A stretch of DNA of 64,000 nt from Patellaria atrata CBS 101060 (taxonomy: Eukaryota). Numbering within the stretch: position 1 is the stretch's first letter; each line of letters opens with the position of its first letter. Made by a program: the position numbers and the translations under genes. Below, in pieces: positions 38,868-51,086 of the stretch. Location of the stretch: NCBI GenBank assembly GCA_010093705.1, contig MU006091.1, positions 1,736,001 to 1,800,000 of the forward strand. Direction: 5' to 3'. The notes under the pieces were generated by a model. The model saw only the letters and a list, made by a program, of their open reading frames with translations, had not been told where the DNA came from and ran no database searches.

Positions 38868-39620
38868 ATGGAACCATCCAATCATGCAATCTCTCAATAC
38901 TCAAGCACTAGTGAGAGACTTGCTGTTCGCCTTGCCATCCACAATTACAACAATTATTCCCAAGGGTGGTTTGCTTGGGCGGGAGAACGACTGAACAAGA
39001 CTGGCGACGTACTTGAAGTTGGCGCAGGCACAGGAGAGTTATGGCGCAATACAGACCGCTCAGGAGCGCGTCTGACGCTTACCGACTTTTCTCCCGCTAT
39101 GTGCGAAGAGTTGAGAAAGTTACCGAACGCAACTGTACGCCAGTGCGATGCCACCAGCCTACCATTCGAGAATGAAAGTTTTGACTCCGTTATTGCGAAC
39201 CACATGCTCTATCACGTGGACGACCCTGAAGCAGCGTTAAAGGAATTTGCTAGAGTGCTTCGTCCGGGCGGCCAGCTTGCTGTCGCCTTGAATGGACGCG
39301 ATCATCTCGACGAGCTGCTCGGTATCGGAGAGCTGGTGGGACGGCCGAGCCAGATACGAGACAAAGCACATATTGCCGCCGAGACTGCCCCCGGACTTAT
39401 TGGAAGGTATTTCGAAGATATTGTTTCAGAACGCTTTCCCGGAGCGTTTGAAGTCCCAACACCACAGCCGATCATAGACTATCTCAGCAGTTTGGATGAT
39501 GAGCCATTAAACGCCGAACAAAGGGAAAAAGTCCTGAAAGTTGTTGAACCCAGAATCGCTGCGGATGGAGTATTCAAAGTCAATAAGAATATGGTACTCT
39601 TTACTGCTCGCCGTCAGTAA
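38868..39620 (+). CDS. Class I SAM-dependent methyltransferase (Methyltransf_11-like), intronless
   Basis: DVLEVGAGTG (motif I), LTDFS, CDATSLPFENESFDSVIANHMLYHV, and RVLRPGG. Confidence 0.88.
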   Translation: MEPSNHAISQYSSTSERLAVRLAIHNYNNYSQGWFAWAGERLNKTGDVLEVGAGTGELWRNTDRSGARLTLTDFSPAMCEELRKLPNATVRQCDATSLPFENESFDSVIANHMLYHVDDPEAALKEFARVLRPGGQLAVALNGRDHLDELLGIGELVGRPSQIRDKAHIAAETAPGLIGRYFEDIVSERFPGAFEVPTPQPIIDYLSSLDDEPLNAEQREKVLKVVEPRIAADGVFKVNKNMVLFTARRQ

Positions 39621-40192
39621 GAGATTAACGCTAGAATCGGATGGAGGACTGCGCCCTCTTCAGACACGACGTGTTTTTATGCGAACCTGGACAGAGAATG
39701 GAACTCATGCCATCTACTTGCCTCTCAATTTTTGCATCATAAAAGTTTAAGAGGTACATACCTAATTAGAGGCTATCCATCCTTTGCTCTTTCACGTGTC
39801 TAAGCGTAGCCCTACTCTCATACCCTGATCCCTTACATAGCAAACATCAAAACTTTAAGAGCGTTGATCTGACACCAATAGTAACCCACATTACTACAAA
39901 GATACTTTTGCATTCGTGAGTTGTGCGTAGTGAAATTCGAAGACGTAAATGACCCCTCTGGATATTTCATGCTTACTCATAAAATAGTGCCATTTATAAC
40001 ACACAAACTTTACAGAACGCTCTTATATATCAAATGCGCCCTGTGCACGAATCTGCGAAAGATTAGGTGGCAGGACGGAGAGACTCGAGAACGCCGACAC
40101 GTGAGGTCTTTATTTCTATGTACACAGTTTGACCTGCACAGCTGGCTAACATCTCCTCATAGTCCTCTCCACAAGATTCAAAGAGGCTAAGC

Positions 40193-40992
40193 TTAGTTTC
40201 CACCTGTCCATACCGCCGGACCAGGATAGGGATAGCTTGAGAACGAAGTGTACAAATTGAATCGAATGCCAGCGTCGGTTCGCTTGTAGAGACTGGTTCC
40301 AGCGACACCTCCGGATGGAGATGCAGAGCCACTACCGGCCACCCTGAGGTTAAGGCACTGCGGATATGCTTGGGCCCCATCGTCGTTGACACCTCCATGT
40401 AGAGCAATAATTTCGTGACGAATAACATAGTTGCCGGCTTTGAGGTTCCTTGGAAGTATTGTGCTTGATGTGAAGTTCTTCTTGATCAGTTCGTCGGTTA
40501 CCCAAGTATTACCACTAATGAATCCACTTTGGCTGATTTTTGTCCATCGAAGATTTCCCGGTGATTGAGAGGTGCATTCACCTGCAGCAAGAATATCAGT
40601 TTTAGAACAGAGAGATTCGACCATTAGTACCCACCGTTGCATGGAGCAATGTAGTTAATAATAGGACCTTTGTGGGAATCGGGCCAAGTATTCCAGTAGA
40701 ATTCGATGTTGTCTCCAGCTTTAGCGTCGACATAAGCCTTCCCAGCGGTTGCACTCTTGTGGCAGTTGATATCGTTGCTCTGGAACGCGCTGGGAGAAAT
40801 GAATCCCAAATCCTGATTCAAAGAATCCCATCCCGCAGTCACCGGTTTACTGTTCGCGGGATGGTAATACCACACCGGATCGGAACCGGCTGTCCACTGG
40901 CCATTTACCTTGACACCTCGGACAAAGCCGTGAGCCGCAGCCTTGTCTAGGATTGAGGCGGTCAGCGCCAAAAGAATCAAAGAAGAATACAT
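40193..40992 (-). CDS. AA9 (formerly GH61) lytic polysaccharide monooxygenase without CBM; intron at about 40583-40632
   Basis: Signal peptide ending AAA|HGFV (His1), DINCHKSA, WPDSHKGP, YVIRHEIIALH and AQAYPQC. Confidence 0.93.
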
Positions 40993-43900
40993 GACCAGTA
41001 TACAAACAGGATGGAAAATTGATCGTCGTGATGTACTGCCGCGCTGAAATGCATGGAGCAAACGGTTTTCCACGCCTCTGCCCCTTACTTATATAAAAGT
41101 TCCACTACGACATGACCAGGAAGCGTTGTCCCGTGATACTGTAGTATATTATCGAAAGTTACTGGCCCTAGACCTTTTAGAGACCGGAGCGACATTTTGG
41201 AGTAGTTTGAAGGAAGGTTATTCGTGGCATTCATTATCCAAGGCTTAGCGGAGTTGAGATTTCGAGCGAATGGCCGCTTGAACAAGAATGCTGAGAATTT
41301 CTGAATATTTCCCAAGCATTGATGGCAAGGGAAAGTCGATTGTTAGGGATGTTCTTCCGTAGATATACAGGACGCGAGGAAAAAGGAGGAATCGTGGGGT
41401 TAAGCTTAAACACAAAACGGTCGTAGTCTGGGAGCACAGACGCGAAACCGTTCCCGGACCTGCCGACTTTAATATAAATAGATGAACGTCCCCCACAAAC
41501 TCCGCAATATCATTCCCCTTCTTCCCAAACGAACAATTTCTTGAGCAACCTTACCGCCCCGGTTTCCAGCTTTCCAGAATTTCCAGGACGGGAGCGAGTG
41601 CAAGCGACTGTAAGCGATCATAAGGAAGCGATCGTAAGCCTCCATCACTACTGTAGGCTATTATTCAGCATCTTTAGGTTCACCACTAACTTTTTCCATT
41701 GTTCGATATCTCGCTGCTAGATCTCTTGATGCGGTATGTTCCTGGCAAACCTCATGGAAGAGCGGGGAGCGAGCCGTGGATGTACGCTTTTGTGATCCAG
41801 AAGGACACCACAAGAAATCGTGTACTGGACGTCCTACAAACTTTCCGCGGATAGGAAGTGTGAATGTGAGTTCAAGAGAGCCAAAGTGATATTCCAGATC
41901 TCTGGCACAGATGGTATCCCGCCCTACCTACGATTGATGGCGCACATCATTATGATTAAGTGATTTAAGTCGTGACCCGGGCCTTTCATTGGGTACCTTA
42001 GACGTATATGTTCTACGCAATATAATCTGAGATGCTCCGAAAACTTAGTCTACGGAATGGTAATAAAGACATCCCATACCATGAGACATCTCTTTTCTCA
42101 AATCCAAGGCTTGAGGGAGAGGCGCACGAACCCCTTTTTACGAACAATCGCCACATCACATATGAGGTGGAATATCCAAACAAGCATACTGGATTACCTT
42201 CGCAGTGCAGCTACGGGGTTTCATTACTACATGCGAAAGCAAGAACTATCAAGTGCAACAAGCGATCATATCCTTGTTGTTTTGCAGAAGACTGAAAACC
42301 GGCCCCACTAAATTCCACGAATAGAGGATTATATACCAGCTTGATCGTTCCAACAATGCTATTGAGCTTAAACACTTACCAACGGATGGCAGCAGGGTGG
42401 GTGTAGTTAGCCAAGCAATCGTCATCGAGCCTACTCCCACAGCCATTTCTTACCACGTGGGTACGTCAATAACCTTCCATCAGGTAAGTTGTTAGCAACC
42501 AACACGTCTCTTATTTCGATGGTAATCATGTTGATATGTCAATTGGTTGATCAGTTGATTATTCATTAGTCTATGAAAGCCTCATTTGAAATTGCATGGA
42601 GAATGGAGATAAGATAAGTGCATAATAACCCATGAGGCACATTCTGCCAGGAACAGAAGAATTTAGCATATTGAGAAACGGCCACGAAGCCAATAGTCCG
42701 TCCCTAGAAGAGACCATTTCAACCGAAAATACACATCCCAATGCCCTGCACGCGAAGTTTGAGAATCATTAATGAAGAATTGTCCGTTCGTACCGAACCG
42801 TGTACCTGGTTGAATGGAAAGTATCCAGTGAGTGCATCGAAACCTTGGTAACCGGAACGACATACCTGATAATCAAGATCTTTCCTGCCAGAGGCTATTA
42901 TTGTACAAGTCTCATGCCGCATATCACGGAAGCGGTTGACTCCGTCCGTTGTCCCTTGACCATGTCACGAAAACCTTTCCTTAACAATGTCCAACAGGAA
43001 TACTTAGAACGCGCCAATCGTTACCGAGTCTAACAGGACTCTGCAATGAGTGTCGATGAGTCCTGTCCCTCTCGAGCAATAAAGTACTCCTACTATTGCT
43101 GGTCTCTAGCTGGTGGTCTCTAGCTTGACGCTCGTTGTTCTGGAGGAATATCTAATGACATTCAATAATCGCCAAACGGGGCTTGACTGTTGCAGCAATT
43201 TACGGTTGATCTTCTTGTTCACCATAATGAGGTTTAGAGGCCATGAATTCGGTAGAGGATTTGTCCGCGTTTGCTTCCCCGATCGCTAATCCATGGCGGA
43301 AGGGTGAACTCATTTCATCTCTTCTGTACCTAAAGTTCCTGACTGATGGTTATGAGCTGCTTAGGTTATTGAACAGCGAATGGAGAACCACAACGACGAC
43401 ATGTCATTTGCATGATCATTACAGAATATACGCTGCAAGAATCTACGACCCCTTTCCATCTTTAGTCACGCGGAACTTCCTTCACGGTCTTGGGCTGTAA
43501 TTTTAGGTTACTGCCACTGGGAGAGGCTCTACCCTCCGATCTCTTGCACCTTTTTGTATTCTATTCCGTAAGAATATATCAAAAATTGACAAATCGTAAG
43601 GGTGTGCGATAAAGATTCCACAAAATTAGTAGCTTCCGCTTCGAAGCAGCCCTGAGCCCCTGGAGTTGCATCACCGCCTACTTCGTCGGCTTTCGACTCC
43701 AGCTAAGGCAACCGGCCAGCCCTTCTACCGAATTTTTACGCACAAAATCGGACTAATGAGCACATTGATGGCCTTGAACTACGGTATCTAGTTGTTTTAT
43801 GTCCGGTGGTTTGCTTCCGGAAAACACTAGGTATCATATCTTGTCAGGTATATTAAGGCAGTGAACCTTATTAACGGACTTAAACTTTTCAATGTACAAA

Positions 43901-44639
43901 ATATCCGGTTATCGTCCATTGCAATACGAGGATTTCTTCTTCTCGGTAATGAAGGTATGATTATTTGACGTCCAGAGCAAGAAGGGCCGCTAGCTGAAGG
44001 GGTCAGACTATCTTGTAGAAGCTCACTTAATTCGTGTATTGATTCCCTTGTACCCCTCGTCGCTCGGCGCAGTTACTCTCAGGGCAACAGGGGACACGAC
44101 TTTTAACAGACTACTACGCCTCTTTACCGGGGCCTATGGTTAGTACTATATGAAGTAGTTGAGTAAGAGAATTACCTCTTGCTTGTCTTCCCGATCGGGT
44201 TCAAAATTTTCGATGACGGAGCCGTACCAAGAGCGCAAAGGTCGACATGATTATGCTCACTTGTCCTATGTTGCGACCTGCAGCTTGGAAGGGATAACTT
44301 TCCATCCGTTCACGAATCGTCAATGACGGGACGCTTCCGTTTGAGGTTCTCGAATGAAGGTCAATACCTGGGTTTATCTTTCACATGGTGAGTAATAAGG
44401 GAAGCAGAGTAAAATCCCATCACTCTAGATCTTTCAGCTCACAATGAAGTAGGTGTGACACAGTACACAGAAAAATAGTAGGTTTGTTGAAACTTCAACT
44501 CCTTACGAGTGAACACATAATTCAATGCTAAATCTAGAATAGATGCTAAGACATCGGTATGAAGTCTAAGTTAAACAAGTTCTTGAACGCGAATTCTCGC
44601 CTCACGGTACCCGATAACAATACTCTGTAAAGGATTGCT

Positions 44640-46027
44640 CTACTTGCGGTAATTCGCGACGTGGCCACCTGGTAGTATCGAGACCCCTAAACGCAAATGT
44701 TAGTATAACGTTGGTGAAGACTTATAAATTACACTTACAGCCATCGATATCCTCTTTGACAAATCCAGGCTTTTTGCATGCGTTCATCGCGGCGTTGTTT
44801 TGGGACTTGAGAGTTGGGCAATTCTGGTAGCAAGGTGAGTCCAAGGCTCTCTGTAGTGCATCACCTTGCCAGCCGAAAACATAATCTCCATGGTTAGCAT
44901 AACCAGTGCTGTCGTATATATTAGTTAGGCCATACTATGATATCGGCTCAAAGAGAGGGGTAGAAAGCGCAATCTTACCCATCACCAAAGCTCCACACGA
45001 AAGGTTGAGAGCCATCAGCAGGCCAATCAGCCTTGTTGTTGAACTTGGATGTGTCCCAGATGACCTCGTAGAAGAGCTGGCCCATTCTGACGGGATGAGA
45101 GGCTGGGCAAGGGCCACCAGTCTCAAAAGTACCGAATTCGGGGTAAGCCATATGTTCCATATGATCGGGAGAATCAAGATTCTTTCCATCCCAGCAGCTA
45201 CAATTCATTTTTGTAAGCATTGCACAAAGTGGATCTGGGAGGAAGGATCGAAAGGAGCACTCTGGGAAAAGAAATGAGACTCACGTAGGGAATCGGAGTG
45301 CGGTCATGATACCAGCTGGGCAGGGCTTATTGGGGAAGTCCAATGTTTGAGGATCGCGAGTGTTCATGTTTTCAAGGCAGGTGTAGGTGAGTTGACGGAA
45401 TCTTTCTGCTTCCTCACGAGTCCTTGCGTTTACGTCGCCGATGTACATGCGGAATCCCTAAACAATTAGCTACTGAATTTTAATCTTACAATGACCAAAA
45501 CTAACCGGTTTGAAAGCAGTGACTTTCGAAGTCTGTTGGAAATTGTACAGACCGTCCTGCATATAGTAGACGGTCATACCACCGTTAACACCTTCGAAGC
45601 CGACATTTTGCTTCTGCGGCACACGTTTGTAGGTACCATTTCGGGCCTTGAAGTAGCTGCATAGAAATTAGCACTCATCGAAACAAGTAAATCGTTACGC
45701 GTTCTCACAGAACGGCTGTCCAGTAATTCGAGAAATCCTCGCTAAACTGACAGGTCGTGCAGGTGGATTCCCCAGGCATGTCCTTGGATGGGTCCATAGT
45801 GACGTTGAAGGCGTTCTGAGAAAGTAAGTCAATGGTCAAATACGTTGATAAGTATGGAAAATACTAACTCCTCCGACGATTTGATGAAGATGCGGGGATG
45901 GAGCCATTCCGGGGTTGACCAACGGGTCAACACGGTCAACCATCAACTGACCGCATGGGAAACGAAGAAGAGCCACAACATGGCTCGGGGCAAAGAGTGC
46001 AAGAGAGGTGAGAGTGTTCCACTTCAT
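44640..46027 (-). CDS. Secreted DUF1996-domain protein (multi-exon)
   Basis: Signal peptide, LLRFPCGQLMVDRVDPLVNPG..PSPHLHQIVGG, STCTTCQFSEDFSNYWTA, CWDGKNLDSPDH, GYANHGDYVFGWQGDALQRALD. Confidence 0.88.
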
Positions 46028-47443
46028 CTTTGGGTTCTCGAAAGAATGTCACGCTTGTTACGGAAACAAAGGGAGAATTAGAAACAAAAGCGCAAGGTGT
46101 AACAGCGGACCGCCGAGACTATTATACGGATCCTGCGAGAGGACTACCGTGATAAGCAAGGACTACCGGGTTGCGCTTCAGCTCGTGAAAATCAAGGATC
46201 TGCCAGATGGTGGCTCACACAAAGCATGGCAAACCGAAGTGCTTAGAAATAACGAGGGGTGCATCGTGGTCGAGAGCACTCTATCTCACAAAATAAAAGA
46301 TCGACAACTCGCATCTGAAGTAGTACTATGAAGTTAAGATACTCCCTGCATCTTCTTATGACTGGTCAAACTCTGTTGTTCGGGCGTCCTTGATCGATAC
46401 CCATCGTTATTATGTCCCGCGTGGCAATATTATAAGTTCCCTTGCTAGGCCTCGGAAATTTCGATGTGGGTGCTTGTCCTGATTCTTGGATTCTTCTTTC
46501 AACTTCTTGGGATCTTTTAACATACGCCCATCGTCAGGTAGATTCAGATCCGCTACCTCTGGAAGTTCCTTTTCCACCGGGGTTGTCATCATATGACCAA
46601 CCAGAAGAGCAACCTGATGCTTTGATAGATGCTTCTAATATCAAGACGATTGGCAGTGTTTCGGTAGTTGTAGTCGAGACCAAACTGAGTACCGCAGCAA
46701 TCATACATTGACCTGTGATTTGGGTTCCGTTATAGTGAATTTGTTGCTGCTTTACTCCAGTAATATAGGTTCATAGTATTGAAGACATGTTCCGATAGGA
46801 TGGGGATTGTAGGAATGTGATGGTCAAGGTTGAGGTTGGCCTGTCGTTACTTTAAAATACACGAGAACCATTTACTTCTGCATCTATGTCGCCAAGATTG
46901 CGGGGGAGGACCCAGTTAAACAAATTAATCGTACATAAACTTAAATTTACCGAATGAAATACGCTATCACTATCCTAATGTCATATCCTCTTCCTTCATT
47001 TTCACTGGTCTGGAGTACTATCCTGGTCCGGCTCTTACTTCCCTTCCTCCAAATGCCGATGCCAGTTCTTATATAGTTCTGAAGATTGATACAATTGGAA
47101 GCCCGATTGATTCCCATACAAGACAAGGGCATATATGAAAGTATCATTTTACTTTTCTTTGTCTTCCGCAGTCATTATGCAAACAGGTATCTGGAAGCAC
47201 GTAGAATTCCCACTTGTCTCCTTTAGCCTAGGTGGCCACGAGGAAGAGTATATAATCAACCGGGCAGGCAGGATTGATTAAATCGTAAACCGAGTTGTAA
47301 GCCCCTAGCTTCTGGAAGTTCTAGAGAAGCCAAATATCCTCTATTTTTAATTCATAAAGGGCTATCCCCTTCCATTGGACCGCATTTGCACATTTCCAAA
47401 GCAGCAAATTTTACATACCAGCGTCCCTCTTCGTGCCGTCATC

Positions 47444-48115
47444 ATGAAGCTCTCTACCCTTCTCAAAAGCCTATGCTTCGTACCGACCGTACTGGGCGCC
47501 TTCGACCTGAATCGAGCTGGCGCGGTTCTCAAAGCGCCAGAGGGAGATTCCTTCACTTCAGTCACCGGCACCTTCACTGTCCCGAACTTGACCGGCAACA
47601 ACAAGCTCTCCATATGGATCGCAATCGGCGACTCCCTGAATCAGGATATCGTCCTCAAAGGAGGTATTACCTACGCGAACGGCCTCAAGTCATGGGCTGC
47701 CTGGTTCCCAGCCCCAGAGACTGATATCACGAGCACCGTTCCCGTCAGATCTGGGGATTCCATCACCGTTACAGTCTCGACAGCGGCGGGCAGCACAGGG
47801 GGAACTGTGGTCGTTGAAAACAAAACACAAAACAGAAGGACCACGCAAACCATTACGGCACCGGCCGATTTCGATCCCTCAAGACTGAATGCACTTGCCG
47901 CCGATTGGTTCGTGCAAGCATATCAAACTGCAGGAGAATTGGTTCAGGTGCCCCGATTCCAGACAGTCACCTTTACGGCTTGCAGTGCGACGCTTGCTAG
48001 CGGAGGAACCGTCGCTCTCACCAGTGCAGGTGTTTACGAGATTCAGGGTACTTCCGGACAAATCTATTCCAGAACAACCACAACAGCAAATGGTGTGACG
48101 GTGAGGCAGCAGTAA
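47444..48115 (+). CDS. Secreted peptidase G1 (eqolisin/A4)-fold protein, probably catalytically inactive
   Basis: Signal peptide; AGAVL...FTSVTGTFTVP, IWIAIG, WAAWFP, VRSGDSITVTV, VVENKTQN, AADWFVQ and FQTVTFTAC align with G1 motifs. Confidence 0.75.
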   Translation: MKLSTLLKSLCFVPTVLGAFDLNRAGAVLKAPEGDSFTSVTGTFTVPNLTGNNKLSIWIAIGDSLNQDIVLKGGITYANGLKSWAAWFPAPETDITSTVPVRSGDSITVTVSTAAGSTGGTVVVENKTQNRRTTQTITAPADFDPSRLNALAADWFVQAYQTAGELVQVPRFQTVTFTACSATLASGGTVALTSAGVYEIQGTSGQIYSRTTTTANGVTVRQQ

Positions 48116-49629
48116 AAGATTGGAGTCCTTGCGTAGGAACCTCATAGAGTTGAATTTAAGTAGATATCGGCAGTATATTGTAGATTGTGTTAGCATACAA
48201 ATTGAAAAAGATTTCCCAGTCTTCCTAGAGAAACAGCACCCATTTGATCATGTCCATGTTCATATTTCCTGTTAGGACATGCTTAAAAACATCGATCAGG
48301 TTGTCCATAACAGGCTAGAGCAATCTCTCCTTCCCGAGAAGTGTACAATTTCCGAGGAACAGACAATCCACAAATTCCTGGATTTATGTTTAACCTTTGT
48401 CAGGCAATCGAATGCTAGCCGGGATGTTCCAGGATTTCATCCGGTTCATAGTCGCTCGGATTGTAGTGGTTGGCATGGGAATTACAATGGGCACATGGGG
48501 TAGAGCAGAGCCGGGTTTAGCTTGGTCCGTAAGGTTAATTGAATCATTGGGAGAGCTACAGGTTCAGAACCATATAAGAATATTTCGACCTGACCTAGCT
48601 TAGTGAAATATAAAGGCCTATTTGATCAAATCATGCTAATTTTTAATTTAATTTTTCAAAATGAATCACAGACCAAAACGCGCTGCCAAATCTCCACCAG
48701 AGGTATAGAGAGTAAAGCAGCGAACAGTTTCAGTTCAAATTGGGAGGATCATCAAACATCAGAACGGCACCTTCGTGATAATGACCGCAAGGGATACTCA
48801 GAGTTGTTTGGTGAAAGGAAAAACCGCGGAGGCGTAAAGTGGCCGGTTTCAAATTATTCCTTCCTTGACATAATAATAGTGATACCTGGGATCGCTACAC
48901 AGTAGGACTAGGAAATGTTGTAAAGTTATAATGGGAGGAAAATTCTTCATCGGACTTTTTCTTCTATTAGAACGCGATAGCTTTGAATCGATGGATAGAG
49001 ATTACAAATATTATGATGAATACCAATCGTGTAGAAGAGCCATTGCTAAATATACTCAAATGAATGACAGCATACTAGAAAAGTCAGGATAATTTTAGAG
49101 ATTGAGGGAGAAAGATGAAAAAGTCTGGTGAGAAGTCCTGAGGTGGATTCACCGCTCGCTAAGGTAATTATGTAACCGACACCACCCCCTTGGACTGTAG
49201 GTATTATTATTCTAGCACAACCCGACTGATAATCAACCATACTCTAAAGGTAGAACCTGCATATTCTTTTCTCCCCTGAACCCCAAAACCAGGGTGGTAA
49301 GGGGTGGTAATAGCTCTTCCAAATGAATACACACGTTGGTGACACGTCCCGCGCGGTTCCGAAAGGTCTAGTCTCCTTGGACTTAGCACAACTGTCAACA
49401 GCCCATTGAGATGAAGAGCATTTCTTGTATTTTCAAGCCCATTAAAGCAAATTGCACAGTTAAGGTCATTCGAAGAAACGATCTCTGGCACTGTCAGCAA
49501 TCGCGCCTTCGTTGCGCAGTGAGTACCATGGCGATGCCTATTCTTCGGAAGCAAAAGGAGGATGGTTCGGGTATGTTATAGACCCCTTTTCGAGACGCTG
49601 AAATAATTTTGCTTAGCTTGTACCCAGAG

Positions 49630-51086
49630 GAAGAGATATTGGAAGAAGAGATATATAGATACACTCGATACCGGCGGTTGTAAGTGCAGCTCGTTCCCGT
49701 CCAATGGCGTGAGTTAACAATGTTTAGACGCAACGAACCTGAGAATCTTGCGGTGCGTTATCGCAAATTCAACGTGTCTGCTCTTATTAATGTCGCTGTC
49801 AATTTCATCGGAGATGGAGCCAAATCTTGTAAGACATTGATCAGGTTGGGTCCCGACCCTTAAGACTATAACCTAACTCGCATGCTCAGGTGTCAAGCTA
49901 CTGAAATGCATAGAAGGCTAATACAATAACGCATTCATCATGACTATGGATAATGGGATTGAGATTTTAGTAAAAGTTCCGAACCCTTGATTCCGGTCCA
50001 GTTTTCTACAAGACAACCTCTGAGGTAGCCACAAGAAATTTCGTATGTAACTTATCGCGCTGGTATACTAGAAAACTAATGTCCATGTTTCAGCTTCGTA
50101 TTGTTCTAAATTTGCCCGTTCAACATATCTATGCGTATTCTGCGGACCCACTGAATCCAGTCGGTGCTGAGTACGTCATTGAAGAAAAAGCTCAGGGCGT
50201 ACAACTAGGAAGCCTTTGGTATCAGTAGCAAACGGAATCCCAAGTCAATCTTATGACTCAGCTCGTTGACTTCGAGACAAAGCTGACTTCAGATATATTC
50301 CGGAGCCATGGCTGCATCTAATATAAGAAAGATTTGGAAAGCAAAGTCCTTCGGTTTCATGATCTGGATGTCAAAACCCTACCATCCAGCGACCGCCGGG
50401 TCCGTTGCGCATATCGCTCCCGTACCCAGACATCCACTCTACAACATTTTTGTAGATCCAGGCACGAAGAAATTAACCCGTATCATTGATTGGCAGTTAG
50501 CCTCGGTGTGCGAGTCACTCTTTCAACATAGTATCCCACGTATGCTGCTCCCCGTAGGATCGGGCACCACTAATAGTCAAACAAACACACGCCAGAAGAG
50601 GGTGATATAAGAAACAAGACTGTAGATCTGTTCAACCATTACCAGCAGCTAAATAAACTTAGGGATAGGTAATGGTGGGTCGTGTTGAATTTGTACAATC
50701 GCTCTCTTCTAGATGAGCTCCTCTCTTCGGTATGCGGAGCTTGGAGCAGGAATGACGTGATTTCTATTCGTCACGCCTTGATAAATATTGCTACTTGATG
50801 GAAAGAAATTGCACCTGCGACGACACCTTGTCCCATATTGTTCACGGAAGAGGAACTAAAGCTTCACCACAGTGAGGTAGAGCTTGTGCAGGGTCTCGGA
50901 GAAACCCTTCTCCAACTTCAAAACGATAACTTGATTCCACTGGGTGGTATGATCCGTCGGGAAAGGTACGAGTAGGCTTTACAGATCAATAATGCCGTCA
51001 GAAAGATGTTTGTTAATATGGCTGAAGACGACTCACAGAAAACCATGTACTCACGAGTATAAACATACCAGGACTTAGATACCTGA
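49630..51086 (+). pseudogene. Aminoglycoside/choline kinase-like phosphotransferase (APH, Aim9-like) pseudogene
   Basis: RYRKFNVSAL, KCIEG*YNNAFIMTMDNG.EILVKVPNP, NPVGAEYVIEEKAQGV and NIFVDP..KLTRIIDWQ. Many in-frame stops. Confidence 0.75.

Noticed and set aside
40193..40992. AA9 LPMO as a fifth cluster member
   Set aside because: It is adjacent, but it is a typical secreted cellulose-active enzyme with no evident link to cytosolic amino-acid chemistry, and I did not see the shared 11-bp motif upstream.
41100..44600. Many 60-90 aa ORFs between the AA9 and DUF1996 genes
   Set aside because: No motifs or consistent splice structure, and many start at non-ATG codons. Treated as intergenic or relic DNA.
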